DNA of 64,000 nt, from positions 64,001 to 128,000 of the forward strand of contig JBCCQY010000003.1 of NCBI GenBank assembly GCA_039208735.1. The letters are read 5' to 3'. Source of the DNA: Myxococcota bacterium (GTDB taxonomy: Bacteria; Myxococcota_A; UBA796; GCA-2862545). The position numbers were made by a program, and so were the translations under genes. Shown here piece after piece: positions 9,675 through 19,790 of the stretch. The notes beneath the pieces were generated by a model. That model saw nothing but the letters and a program-made list of their open reading frames with translations, made no database searches and was not told where the DNA came from. The first letter of the stretch is position 1, and the number at the start of each line of letters is the position of its first letter.

Positions 9675-10457
9675 CTACTCGTACAGCGAGCGGAAGAACC
9701 GGCTGCTGCGGGTTCCGCCTTCGCAGCTATCCCATGAAAACCAGACGAAATGGGCCTTGCCCTTGATCTGGTCGTAACGCACGAACTTCCAGGCACGGCT
9801 GTCTTCGGAGTTGTCACGATTGTCGCCCATCACGAACACGTGGCCAGGCGGCACCGTCACCTGGCCCCCCGGTTCGGCCCCGGGCGGCGGGTAGTCCGCG
9901 AGGTGGCCGGGAAGCCCCACTCGCGTCAGCATCTCGTGGTCGACGTCGGCAAGGTGCTCAACCCACAGCTTCGTGTCGGCCGGTGTGCACTTGTCGTTCA
10001 CGAACGTGTACCGCTTTTGGTATTCCCGTTCCTGAGGCTCCCCGTCGAGCACCACTTGGTTGTCGATGACCTTGATGGTGTCGCCCGGAATGGCCACGAC
10101 GCGCTTGATGTAGTTGACGGACTCTTGTTCAGGGAAACGGAAGACGATGATGTCGCCGCGTTGGGGATCGCCCCAGTCGAACACCTCGATGCGCGGCACG
10201 ACCCAGAACGTGTCCATGAAGGGGATCTCGATCAGGGTCTGGGGCACCCACAGCCCATACTGGGCCTTACTGACCACAACGTGGTCGCCGATCTGCAACG
10301 TGGGGACCATCGAACCGCTGGGAATGCGGAACGGCTCGAAGACGAAGGTTCGGATGGCGAGCACCGCGAGAATCGCGGGGAGCCAGGTGCGAACGACATC
10401 GCGGACAAAGCCGGCCGTATGCGGGCGATCGTCCTCGATCAAATCCGGATCACTCAC
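9675..10457 (-). CDS. lepB: signal peptidase I
   Basis: IPSGSMVPTL, RGDIIVF, YIKRVV, GDNRDNSEDSR; GAGGAG RBS before GTG. Confidence 0.95.
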   Translation of the reverse strand: MSDPDLIEDDRPHTAGFVRDVVRTWLPAILAVLAIRTFVFEPFRIPSGSMVPTLQIGDHVVVSKAQYGLWVPQTLIEIPFMDTFWVVPRIEVFDWGDPQRGDIIVFRFPEQESVNYIKRVVAIPGDTIKVIDNQVVLDGEPQEREYQKRYTFVNDKCTPADTKLWVEHLADVDHEMLTRVGLPGHLADYPPPGAEPGGQVTVPPGHVFVMGDNRDNSEDSRAWKFVRYDQIKGKAHFVWFSWDSCEGGTRSSRFFRSLYE

Positions 10458-10519
10458 CCGTGCACTCCTCTGGACGTGGCGAACTGTAACCCACGGCCCC
10501 GGGGACGGTAGAGGACATC

Positions 10520-11107
10520 GTGGCCATCGAACACCGTTTGAGACAAGCTGTGCAACGTCCACCGGCTCGGCTGGAGGAAGAGGCGCCTCGCGCCGCGGTT
10601 GCCGCCATCGTAGACGCTCGGGGCGACCTGTTGCTGATGCGGCGCGCCGAACATCCCGATGACCCCTGGTCGGGGCATTTGTCCTTTCCTGGCGGCCGAG
10701 TCGAGCCTTCGGACGTCGACTCGCTGGCCGCTGCCATCCGCGAGACGAGCGAAGAGATCGGGTTTGATCTGTCGCCCGACCAGCTGATCGGGCCGCTCGA
10801 TGATCTGACGACGCGGCCGGTTCGCCGTCACCTCATCATCGAACCGTTTGTGTTCTTCGTGCCCGAACCCGGACCCTTCCAACTCAACGAGGAAGTGCAA
10901 AGCCTCCATCGGGTCCAGCTTGATGCGCTGCTGACCGGCGTGGGACGCACGCAGTTTCCGTTGTCGTGGAAGGGCGAGACGATCGAATTGCCATGTGTGG
11001 ATGTGGATGGGCTCCGACTGTGGGGTCTCACCCTTCGCATGGTGGATGACCTGCTTCACCGCATCGACGGTCGGGGGGTGGGGTTGGGCCGTCCTACGCC
11101 GGAGTGA
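10520..11107 (+). CDS. Nudix hydrolase, CoA pyrophosphatase type
   Basis: WSGHLSFPGG, AAIRETSEEIG Nudix box, LWGLT. Confidence 0.9.
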   Translation: MAIEHRLRQAVQRPPARLEEEAPRAAVAAIVDARGDLLLMRRAEHPDDPWSGHLSFPGGRVEPSDVDSLAAAIRETSEEIGFDLSPDQLIGPLDDLTTRPVRRHLIIEPFVFFVPEPGPFQLNEEVQSLHRVQLDALLTGVGRTQFPLSWKGETIELPCVDVDGLRLWGLTLRMVDDLLHRIDGRGVGLGRPTPE

Positions 11108-11474
11108 GCAGCTGTTCGATCTGCTCGATCCAACTCGACAGCCGCAACGGCTTCCAAAGCACTCGCGCCCCTACGGCGTAGGCCCGGGCTTCGTCGTTGG
11201 GCGTCGCCTGGCCCGTAAAGAGAATCGAAGGGACGTTGGGGTAGCGCGGCCGGAGGGTTTCGAGCAAATCGAGCCCGTTCCGGCCTCCCAGACGGTGATC
11301 CACGCACACCAATGACAGTTCCTCGTCGGACGCCAAGGTCTGCAAGCTGGCTTCCGCTTCGTCGGCGGATGTCGAGGCAACCGCCCGATAGTCAGGGAGA
11401 CATACCTGGATCGCGTCCTGCAGGACCTCCACTAGGTCCGCCTCATCGTCGACAAGAAGGATGACGGGTTTCAA
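11094..11474 (-). CDS. single-domain response regulator
   Basis: ILLVDDE, VDHRL (phosphoacceptor Asp), FTG, KP. Confidence 0.88.
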   Translation of the reverse strand: MKPVILLVDDEADLVEVLQDAIQVCLPDYRAVASTSADEAEASLQTLASDEELSLVCVDHRLGGRNGLDLLETLRPRYPNVPSILFTGQATPNDEARAYAVGARVLWKPLRLSSWIEQIEQLLTPA

Positions 11475-11695
11475 AGCTTGTCCCAAGTGGTGAACGGTTG
11501 CGTCGATGGTGGTACCACAGCCTCGGCGGAATTGCATCGATCCACCTGAAGATGCACGCGATCCTCGTGCCGGATCCGGGCGGCCGGGGACCCGTTGCAA
11601 TGGGCCGCCGAAGGAAACGCCCTGCGAACAACGCCGACAAGCGGCGCGTGGCAGCGCGGCGGGGTTCGCAACTGTAAGGGTACATAGGAGGCTCG

Positions 11696-12601
11696 GTGAC
11701 CGAACCCAACTACGTGTCCCTCGAGGACTTCGCAGCAAACTTCGGGGACGACAGCGACGCCGTTCCCGGCTGGGTCCACCCTCACGCACGGACCCCTGCA
11801 ATTCTCGAAAGGCTCGGCGTACGCTACCGCCTTGAGGACGTGCTCGACACCGTGGTGGCGTTGCAGCGCGCAGAGCGATTGCAGGGCGGCATCTACGCCG
11901 GACCCGCCAGCATGTCCCACGTTTACCGCTCGGTGTTGCAGTCCGCGCGAACCCTGCACGTTGCGGTCCCCCCGGCGATTCTCGCGGGGTGTGGAATGCG
12001 CATGCAGGGCTGCTTTGGCACGGATGGCCGCGCTTTTCTCTACCTGTCGACCTTTTTCTTTGATCCGGCGGACGAGGGCGAGCGTCTGTTCATGGCGGGT
12101 CGATTCTGCGGCTATATCGCCGCGAAGTTGGTGACCGCGAATACCCTTTACGCCCTGATTGCCGACAATGGCGGTGTCCGGTCGATTGCCCGTCGTGGCA
12201 TCGGCCCGGTCCTCGATGTGGTGCTCGCGCCGCTTTCGCTGGGCGTGCGCATCGCGCTGTCGCGATGGCAGCGAGCGTCAGAAGTGACGGCCGACCGGGC
12301 GGGCCTCATCGTGTGTCGGGATATCGAGATGGCCGCCATGGCGCTGATGCGCCAGTCGCTCGGACGGCGGCCGCTCATCGACAAGGAGACCTACCTGGAT
12401 CAGCATCGCAATTCCGATACCTCTCCGGGCCGTTGGGCCGAACTCTTGGCCGGGGCGCCGTGGGTACACAAGCGGATCCGTGCGATGGAGCTGTTTACCC
12501 AGTCGCAAGTGTACGCAGAACTCACGGGAGAGCCGGTCGAGGACCCGATCTCCACCGAAGAACTCAACCAGCGGACCACGCAGATCTTGGGGGTGTCGTG
12601 A
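11696..12601 (+). CDS. M48 peptidase-like protein lacking zinc ligands
   Basis: WQRASEVTADRAGL and P...KRIRAM retained; HExxH position reads RFCGY; AGGAGG RBS. Confidence 0.7.
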   Translation: MTEPNYVSLEDFAANFGDDSDAVPGWVHPHARTPAILERLGVRYRLEDVLDTVVALQRAERLQGGIYAGPASMSHVYRSVLQSARTLHVAVPPAILAGCGMRMQGCFGTDGRAFLYLSTFFFDPADEGERLFMAGRFCGYIAAKLVTANTLYALIADNGGVRSIARRGIGPVLDVVLAPLSLGVRIALSRWQRASEVTADRAGLIVCRDIEMAAMALMRQSLGRRPLIDKETYLDQHRNSDTSPGRWAELLAGAPWVHKRIRAMELFTQSQVYAELTGEPVEDPISTEELNQRTTQILGVS

Positions 12602-14055
12602 TGACGACCGAGCGCATGGTGCAAGACGCACTGCAGGCGGCGGGCGACCCCGCTGGCGCCTTCTTGTGGCGTCGAGTTTGCCGCGATCTCGACGGGGAGC
12701 TTCGGATTGGGGTGGTGGCGAAGGATGAGTCGGTCGCACAGCGATTGGTGCGTCAGGTCGGAACGGCCGATCACGTGGAGTGGGTGACCCTGCGCGCGGC
12801 CGATGCCGATGGCGATGATGGGCAGCCGACCTTGGGGACCCAGGACCGGATGCTGGGCGTCCATGCGCTGGTGTGGGCGACGCCCGCGGTGGCGCCGCTC
12901 GGAGGCGAAGAACGTCGCGGCATGGCGGCGCTGGTCGAAGCGGGCGCCCCGAACCGCCGCGCAGTGGCGATCGCCGACCTGTCGTTGCTTGCCAACATGG
13001 TCCCCGATGAAGGGGACCCCGAGACCCACGCCGCCGCGGTGGCCGAAGAAGCCACCGAAGTGCAGCGGCGTATTGAGTCGTTGGCGGGTGACACCTGGTC
13101 GGTCGTGCGAGGCGATGACCTGCCCACTTGGGTGTCGCAGGCCAAGGAGGCCCACACCGAACTCATTCGAGACCGGCGCCGCACCGTCGCGGATCTGCTG
13201 CTGTCCGATGCCTTGCGGCGCGCCATGGATGCGGTGGAGCAGGCGGCCTCCGACGTCGCTCGGGTCGAGGAGCTGCTCGCCTCGGAGGATGCCCAGCTCG
13301 AGGTGGCACGAAAAGCGGGTCAGCGCGTCGCCGCGCATCTGCTGGGCGCCATTCGTCGGGAAACCGAATCGTTGCTCGTCGACCTCGGCAGTTTCCTCGT
13401 GTCGCTCGAGGGCGACATACCCGGTCAGGTTGAGTCCATCGGTGATCTCGAGACCGTCCGGCGCACCCTGCCCCACTGGTTGCATCACGTCGTCGAGGAG
13501 TGGATGGAAGAGCGCCTCGCAGTATGGCGAGCGCGGATTCTCGAAGACCTGGCCGAAGTGAACATCGATGATGGCGACCTCGACCGTGCACAGCTCCTGG
13601 TGCCGGCCTTACATCCGGCTCCGGTACGCGCCGAAGGCAACTGGACGCAGCGCCTTGGCATCACCGCGGCGGTGGGGGGCGGTGCGGCGATGCTCATCAT
13701 GGGGTGGTGGGTGCCTGGGCTGTTGTCCGTGACCGGAGGCATTGCGTGGTCGGCGCTCGGTCGGCGAGCCGCGGAGGCCCAGAACCGGCGGGCGCTGATC
13801 GACACCAGCATCGAGGCTGTGCGAGGCATGGGCACCGATGCGGACAAGCTGCTGCGCGACCAGCTCCAGGCGCTGGAAGATGAACTCGAACGACTCGGCG
13901 ACGAGCGAGCCGATGCGGTAGCCCAGGATCGAGCCCTTGAACGTGCCGATCTGTCCGCCCAGCGGACGGCCCGGTTCGAACGACAACGGGCGCTCGAAGG
14001 GGTGCTGATGGACCTGGAGCGCCGCATCCAAGGACTTAAGGAGGCCACCGCGTGA
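12601..14055 (+). CDS. dynamin-like partner protein with degenerate GTPase domain, coiled coils and hydrophobic hairpin
   Basis: LRIGVV strand without GxxxxGKS; long helices; Gly-rich hydrophobic hairpin; start and stop overlap both neighbours. Confidence 0.65.
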   Translation: MTTERMVQDALQAAGDPAGAFLWRRVCRDLDGELRIGVVAKDESVAQRLVRQVGTADHVEWVTLRAADADGDDGQPTLGTQDRMLGVHALVWATPAVAPLGGEERRGMAALVEAGAPNRRAVAIADLSLLANMVPDEGDPETHAAAVAEEATEVQRRIESLAGDTWSVVRGDDLPTWVSQAKEAHTELIRDRRRTVADLLLSDALRRAMDAVEQAASDVARVEELLASEDAQLEVARKAGQRVAAHLLGAIRRETESLLVDLGSFLVSLEGDIPGQVESIGDLETVRRTLPHWLHHVVEEWMEERLAVWRARILEDLAEVNIDDGDLDRAQLLVPALHPAPVRAEGNWTQRLGITAAVGGGAAMLIMGWWVPGLLSVTGGIAWSALGRRAAEAQNRRALIDTSIEAVRGMGTDADKLLRDQLQALEDELERLGDERADAVAQDRALERADLSAQRTARFERQRALEGVLMDLERRIQGLKEATA

Positions 14056-16130
14056 GCTCGCACATCCTCGACGACTTCGTCAAGAAGCGAGAGCGTGGCG
14101 CGGACCTTCTCGATCGCCTTGCTGAGGTGGTCGATCGCTTTGGCCTCGACGAGGCCACAGGTCCACCGGCGAGTGACGCGCGTGGAACGGGACCGTCCGC
14201 CTATCTGCGATCGACTGCGCAACGGGTGCGCGAAGGCCGGTTTGTGGTGTTGCTCCTGGGCTGCTTTTCATCCGGCAAGTCGACGCTCCTCAATGCGCTG
14301 CTCGGCCAGCCGGTGCTGCCCGTCAAGGTCAACCCATGCACCGCCATCCTCACCGAACTCGTGTACGCCGAAACGCCATCGGTGACGGTCCATCATCACG
14401 ACAAGGATCCCGAGATCCTCACGATGGAAGCGTTCCTCGACCTGTACCAGCTGCGGACGACGTCGGAGGATGAAGCGGGAGCAGAAGCGACCGACCGCTT
14501 TGGAGGCATCGATCGGGCGGTGGTAGGCTACCCGCTGCCATTGCTTCGAAACGGCGTGGTCCTGCTCGACACGCCAGGTTTGGACGACGATCCGGTGCGC
14601 ACAGCACGCACCTTGTCGAGTCTGCCCGACGCTGATGCGGTCATCGTGGTGTTGTCGGCCAATCGGTTCCTCACCGATCTCGAGCGGAAGACGCTGCGGC
14701 GAGAGTTGCTTCCGCTCGGTCTGACGAATCTGTTTTTCCCGACCACCATGGTGGACTTGCTTTCGCTCCTCTCCGACGATGCCGATGCGGCCCTGGCGGA
14801 CCTCCGGAAGAAGGCTCGAGAGGCCCTGGGACCGCTGGCGCTGGTGAATGGCGAAGACCGCTTCGAGGAACGCTTCTTCGAGATTGACGCCCGGTCAGCC
14901 TTGCGGGCCCGATGGAACGGTAAGGCGGGGGCGCGGCGGCAGCCCGAAGATGCCGATGCCTTTGCCCAGTCGGGATTGGCCCGATTCGAGTCGACCCTCG
15001 AGCGGTTCCTCGTCGACGAGCGCGGTCACGCCCAGCTCGCCCACCTCCACAACACGGCAGTGCGCATCGGCGATGAAGTGCGCCGGGTGGCAGAACTCGA
15101 TCGCGCGACCGCATCTGAGAGCGTCGAGGCGCTGCGCGAGCGCCAGGCGGAGTTGGAACCTCGGTTCGCCGAACTCGAGGTCATCGCCCGACGCGTCGCC
15201 CGCACCGTTGATGGGTTTATCGACCGGCAGCGGGCGCTGGTCTGGCAAGATCTCCGCGAATTCATGGCCAAAACCGAGGCGGAACTTCCGTATGCGGTGG
15301 CTGAGTTCGATCTGGGGGGACTCGCGGGCCTTGACCTGGTGACCCAGCGAGGCCGAGCCCGTGTCGAAGCCCAGATTCGCACCCAGCTCGAAGCGTGGCT
15401 CGAAATGCGCGTGACGAAGTGGCAGGCCTCGCTCAAGCCCCGCATCGAGAACAGCTTGCACGACCTGCGCAAGGAACTCACCGCGGATGCCGCGGACTTT
15501 GACGCCCTGTCCGAGCAGATCGTGACGAACTTCGCGGGTGGGGCGTTCAAGCTGCCGGGGGCACCTTCCGACGATGAACGGGTCGATCCCGTGGAACGCT
15601 GGTTCTCGGTGGCGATGGGCGCCGTGATGTTGTCGCCGGGGGCGATGGCGGCTGGTTGGTCCGAGGGGTTTGACGGCGCGTTGAAAGGCGCGGCCTCCCG
15701 GCTGGGGGTTCGCCTTGCGTTGATTACGCTTGGCGCATTGCTCGGTCCGGTGGGCTGGGCGGGGCTTCTGTTGTACGTCGTTTCCGACGCCGTCTGGCTC
15801 GTGCTGACGGGTGGATCGCAGCTCAAGCGCCTCCGAGAACAGGTGGCCCTACGGCTCAAGGGCCAGTTGGTGCAACAGGTCGATGAGGCCCGCGAAGAGG
15901 TCGAGGAACGTGTGGCCGAGGGCCTACGACCGGTTCGCGATGCGCTTGTCGCAGCAGCTGAAGATGAGGCCCGGGAGCTGCACGCGCTCCTCGAGCGCAC
16001 GATTTCCGCGCGGGAGCAGGCGGTACGCGACGCCGCGGCCCGTTCGGAGGCCTGGACCGAGGCGTTGGAGACCTTCGAGTCGCTGACGGGCGAGCTTCAG
16101 TCCCTCACCGATCGGGAGCCTCCGGCGTAG
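14052..16130 (+). CDS. bacterial dynamin-like GTPase
   Basis: GCFSSGKSTLLNALLG (G1), NPCTA (G2), LLDTPG (G3), helical stalk, hydrophobic paddle. Confidence 0.92.
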   Translation: MSSHILDDFVKKRERGADLLDRLAEVVDRFGLDEATGPPASDARGTGPSAYLRSTAQRVREGRFVVLLLGCFSSGKSTLLNALLGQPVLPVKVNPCTAILTELVYAETPSVTVHHHDKDPEILTMEAFLDLYQLRTTSEDEAGAEATDRFGGIDRAVVGYPLPLLRNGVVLLDTPGLDDDPVRTARTLSSLPDADAVIVVLSANRFLTDLERKTLRRELLPLGLTNLFFPTTMVDLLSLLSDDADAALADLRKKAREALGPLALVNGEDRFEERFFEIDARSALRARWNGKAGARRQPEDADAFAQSGLARFESTLERFLVDERGHAQLAHLHNTAVRIGDEVRRVAELDRATASESVEALRERQAELEPRFAELEVIARRVARTVDGFIDRQRALVWQDLREFMAKTEAELPYAVAEFDLGGLAGLDLVTQRGRARVEAQIRTQLEAWLEMRVTKWQASLKPRIENSLHDLRKELTADAADFDALSEQIVTNFAGGAFKLPGAPSDDERVDPVERWFSVAMGAVMLSPGAMAAGWSEGFDGALKGAASRLGVRLALITLGALLGPVGWAGLLLYVVSDAVWLVLTGGSQLKRLREQVALRLKGQLVQQVDEAREEVEERVAEGLRPVRDALVAAAEDEARELHALLERTISAREQAVRDAAARSEAWTEALETFESLTGELQSLTDREPPA

Positions 16131-16131
16131 G

Positions 16132-17637
16132 TCAGTTCGTGGGCTTCAACGGGGTGAGGGTCGCCTGTGGCGGCGTGGCCGGCAATTCGGGGGCGGCGAC
16201 CAGGCGTTCGATGACGAACTGGCGTGCCCCACCGTTGCGCAGCCGTTGGGCGCCGTAGCTCACCCACTGGTTGTCGAACCAAGGTTCAACCGTCATCGAC
16301 TGGCTGCGTACAAGCGTCCGGTCGTAGGGCACGAGTTCGGTCTCCGCGCGGTCCTCGACGAGGATGCCCCGGTGGAACACGCGCGACACCAGGCGCTCCC
16401 CCGATGCGTAGGCCAGGGTGGCCACGTCGCCGTCCAGGCCGACCTTCACGTGGGGTTCAATTCGGGAGCCGCCCACGTTGCGCATGGGCAATGAGGCATC
16501 CCAGGCCACCGATCCATCGGGATCAATGGCGGCGACAATGGCGTGCGTAAACCAGTATCCGTCGCCCACATCGAGGGTTTGGGCACGAACTCCTCCATCC
16601 ACGTCGACCATGACGACCCGCGGCACGGTGCCCAGTCGAGGAACGAAGATCTCGCCGCTCACCACAATGCGGCCGTCGTGCAGCTGTGCATCGTGGGTCG
16701 CAAACCGGACGTCAATGTCGACGTCGCTGCCTCGGCGCTGGCGCTCCGCCACTTGCTTGCGTTTCTGATTGCGCCGCTCCGGCGGGAGATCGTCGAAAAA
16801 GTGCCCCAGCGAGCTGAAGCTGTGCGTGGCCACGTACGTGAGGTGCCCCGATGGATCGAACCGGGCGGCGTAGAAGCCTTGGGCGCGGGTCCCCGTGGCC
16901 TCGTCGGCGTAGGTGCCCACCGCGAGTTGGTGCCCTTCGTCGAGAACATGACGCTGGATGTCGAGCAGGTTGAGGTCGGGAACCTGCAGCACAATGTCGT
17001 TGGTGAGGCGTCCTGCCTTGGCCACCGCCACGTGCTGGGTGTAGCGCCCTTCGAGAGCGGTGCGGTAACTGACGTCGACCACGCCACGGTCTGGGTCCGC
17101 GGTGAGGCGCTGCAGCTCGATGGTTTCGGGCGTGCGGGGAAGCGAGACGGCCTTCGATACGCCGGACTTCAGGTCGAGGTGGCGCAATCCTCCGCCTTGG
17201 TCGGAGCGACCATCGACCATCACCAGCCAGGCGTCCTTGCCGACCATCTCGAAGTCAACCACGCGCCGGGAACGGTGTTTGAGGGGCACGAACCAGGCCT
17301 GGTAAGTACCGTCGCGCACGTTGTGTCGGGTCACCAACGCCAACGCGCGTCGCTGGAACACGGCCCAAGCTGCATCATCGCGGTAGAGCGTGCGCAGGGG
17401 GGCGTCCGTGACGATTTCGGGTAGGGGCACCGACCACTGCAACGACAGATCGTTGTCGTAGTGCCGCGCGACCATCACGCCGCGATCTTCCGTGTAGATC
17501 ACCAGGCCGTCGTCCCCCACGGGTTCGACCGCCCAAGGTGCGTTTGGTCGAGTGGCGAGCGTGCGTTGATCGACCGTTTCAATCACGTTGGTCGCTGGAA
17601 CGTGGGCCTGCGCGACCAGCGCGGTGACGAGCCACAT
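16132..17637 (-). CDS. secreted beta-rich (propeller-like) hypothetical protein
   Basis: GGAGG RBS, N-terminal hydrophobic leader, repeated D..G..W blade-like motifs. Confidence 0.7.
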   Translation of the reverse strand: MWLVTALVAQAHVPATNVIETVDQRTLATRPNAPWAVEPVGDDGLVIYTEDRGVMVARHYDNDLSLQWSVPLPEIVTDAPLRTLYRDDAAWAVFQRRALALVTRHNVRDGTYQAWFVPLKHRSRRVVDFEMVGKDAWLVMVDGRSDQGGGLRHLDLKSGVSKAVSLPRTPETIELQRLTADPDRGVVDVSYRTALEGRYTQHVAVAKAGRLTNDIVLQVPDLNLLDIQRHVLDEGHQLAVGTYADEATGTRAQGFYAARFDPSGHLTYVATHSFSSLGHFFDDLPPERRNQKRKQVAERQRRGSDVDIDVRFATHDAQLHDGRIVVSGEIFVPRLGTVPRVVMVDVDGGVRAQTLDVGDGYWFTHAIVAAIDPDGSVAWDASLPMRNVGGSRIEPHVKVGLDGDVATLAYASGERLVSRVFHRGILVEDRAETELVPYDRTLVRSQSMTVEPWFDNQWVSYGAQRLRNGGARQFVIERLVAAPELPATPPQATLTPLKPTN

Positions 17638-17742
17638 GGGTCCCTCCGATTGGAGCCTTTCCGTACAGGCATTGTACGTCTTGGCGACATCTTCTGGGGT
17701 CACGGCTGGTCGTTCGGTCGGTTGAAGGCCCTGTCGTCGCGG

Positions 17743-18165
17743 TCAGGGAGGAGGCGGTTGCTCTTGGGTGTAGACCACGAATTGGCGCGTCACGGGGCGG
17801 TTCATCGCACTGTAGATGGGCAGGATCGATTCGTAGGGAACCGACGCATCCACGGTGAGCCACCAGACGCCGCTGTTGTCGGCCTGCCACGAGGCGCCAA
17901 CGAGCATCCCTTTGGACGACAGCCCCCAGGTGGCCAACGCCTCGGTCACCGCGGTCGTCGAGTAGGTCTCGAGCGCGTCGTAGGGCTCTCCTTCGGCGAG
18001 CGTCAACACCGAGGCCTGCCGGGCTCCGTCTTGCACGGCCCGACTCACCGCCTGTCGGGTGAGCCCCCACAAGGCAAAGTCGATGGAGCCGGTGATCATG
18101 ATCAAGGCCACCGGCATGCAAAGCACGAACTCGACGGCGCTGGCTCCTCGTTTGAACCCCATCAT
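17743..18165 (-). CDS. tadE: TadE-like pseudopilin
   Basis: RGASAVEF prepilin motif, hydrophobic helix, GARQAS. Confidence 0.85.
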   Translation of the reverse strand: MMGFKRGASAVEFVLCMPVALIMITGSIDFALWGLTRQAVSRAVQDGARQASVLTLAEGEPYDALETYSTTAVTEALATWGLSSKGMLVGASWQADNSGVWWLTVDASVPYESILPIYSAMNRPVTRQFVVYTQEQPPPP

Positions 18166-18581
18166 CGAGCACTCCGCTGAAATTCGAGGCGCACGACCAC
18201 CTCATCGCTGAGCAGGGAGTGGTCCTGCACCCAAGGAACCACCCCCGAAAAAGGCACGGTGAATTGGCAGCGCAGCACCCGGTTGGGAGCGTCTCCTTCG
18301 AGGGTCGCGGTGGCCACGCAGTCCTTACAGGAGCCCGCTTCCGACTCGTAGGCGGTCTGGATGGCCGCCGAAGCGGCGGCAAGCAACGCGTCGGCATGCG
18401 AATCGTGAATGCCAGGGTCATGCAGCGAACCGGCTCGGCACCCCTCGGCGACTGCACCGCGCACGTTGGCTTGTTCCACCAACAGCCAGCTGTAGTGCAT
18501 GCTCGCACCAACGAAGGCCACGAAAACGGGCAGCAGCAGGGCAAATTCCAAGGCGTTGGCGCCGCGGCGTCGCATGTTCAC
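18162..18581 (-). CDS. tadE: TadE-like pseudopilin
   Basis: RRRGANALEFALLLP motif. Confidence 0.85.
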   Translation of the reverse strand: MNMRRRGANALEFALLLPVFVAFVGASMHYSWLLVEQANVRGAVAEGCRAGSLHDPGIHDSHADALLAAASAAIQTAYESEAGSCKDCVATATLEGDAPNRVLRCQFTVPFSGVVPWVQDHSLLSDEVVVRLEFQRSAR

Positions 18582-19747
18582 TCCACCAACGTGATGGGCA
18601 AGGACTCCGCAATGTCGCGGAAGATGTCATCGAGGTCGCTCGAGTTCTTCGCGAGCACGAAATAGCCATCGCCCTGGGCGACATCGCGCATCCAAGACCC
18701 ATTGGCGCGGTAGCTCACAAGCCAGGTGTGAACCTCCTGTTCCTGCCACACCTTCTTGGACAGCGCGATCGATTCGGACGTGACTTCGCTAGAGCCTCGG
18801 CGAGCCCCGGTGTAGGTGTAGCGCCAGCGCTCCTCGCGATGCCCAAGGGTGTCGCGGAGCGTGTGAGCGCCCACTCCGGCCGGTTGCCCGTCGGTGACCA
18901 CGATCATGGCGCGGTACACGCTCGGATCCTGCTGCTCGGCGAACATCTGTCGGGCCATCTCGATGCCAATTGCGTGGTCGGTGCCCGTCTCGTCTTTGTA
19001 TTCCCGAGGCATGTGCGGCCAGCACTCCCCTTCCGAGAAGTCAGTCGCACGGTCGATCTTGCAGCCCTTGGAGTTTGGCGTGCCCGCTTTGCTGGCCGTC
19101 CGCATGTCCGCCCAAACGTCGCGGACGCCGTTGGTCACGGCCAGTTCCGCGGGTTGCAATGGGGTGAACTCCGTTCCGAATTGACCGTGGAACGTGACCA
19201 TGCCGATGCGGTCGCCGTCGCTCGCCGTCCCCGTGAGTTGGTCGAAGATGGTGACCGCGCCCTCTCTGGCGCCTTCGAAGGGGGTGAATCCCCAAGAGTT
19301 GGTGATGTCCATCACGACGATGGTGTGCAGCGAGCGCACCGCGGCGGTGGCATCCGCGGCGCGAATCGAGGTTCCAAGACCCCAGAAGCTCGCGAACGGC
19401 AAGGTGATGTCGACGTCCACGGCCACTCGAACCGCGTTGGCGGTGTTGGAGTTCACCGTGAAGGCACCGTTCTCGTACATCCCAAACTCGACCGCTTGAG
19501 CCCGGGGCGTCAGTCCTGCGACCCGATTCGCAGCGATGATGCGGCGGGCTGCCGCATCGGCCACGCTGCGGTCGTGCGTGGATCGGAGCCGCAGGATGCC
19601 TGCGTGAGCGGCGGCATCGCAGACCGCCTGGATTTCGGCTTCCGCCAGCCGAATCAGCGACAGGTCAACGAGGAACGCCCCGAAGGCGATGAACACGACC
19701 CCGGCGACTGCAAAGACCGTGGCGTACCCGCCTCGTCGGTGCCCCAT
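18578..19747 (-). CDS. tadG: TadG-like pilus protein with VWA domain
   Basis: RRGG plus TM, VD...Q..CDAAAHAG, DITNS MIDAS-like motif, VVTDG. Confidence 0.8.
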   Translation of the reverse strand: MGHRRGGYATVFAVAGVVFIAFGAFLVDLSLIRLAEAEIQAVCDAAAHAGILRLRSTHDRSVADAAARRIIAANRVAGLTPRAQAVEFGMYENGAFTVNSNTANAVRVAVDVDITLPFASFWGLGTSIRAADATAAVRSLHTIVVMDITNSWGFTPFEGAREGAVTIFDQLTGTASDGDRIGMVTFHGQFGTEFTPLQPAELAVTNGVRDVWADMRTASKAGTPNSKGCKIDRATDFSEGECWPHMPREYKDETGTDHAIGIEMARQMFAEQQDPSVYRAMIVVTDGQPAGVGAHTLRDTLGHREERWRYTYTGARRGSSEVTSESIALSKKVWQEQEVHTWLVSYRANGSWMRDVAQGDGYFVLAKNSSDLDDIFRDIAESLPITLVE

Positions 19748-19790
19748 CAAAACCGTTCTCCTTGCGTGGCGAACGCGATAGGAGGGCGGC

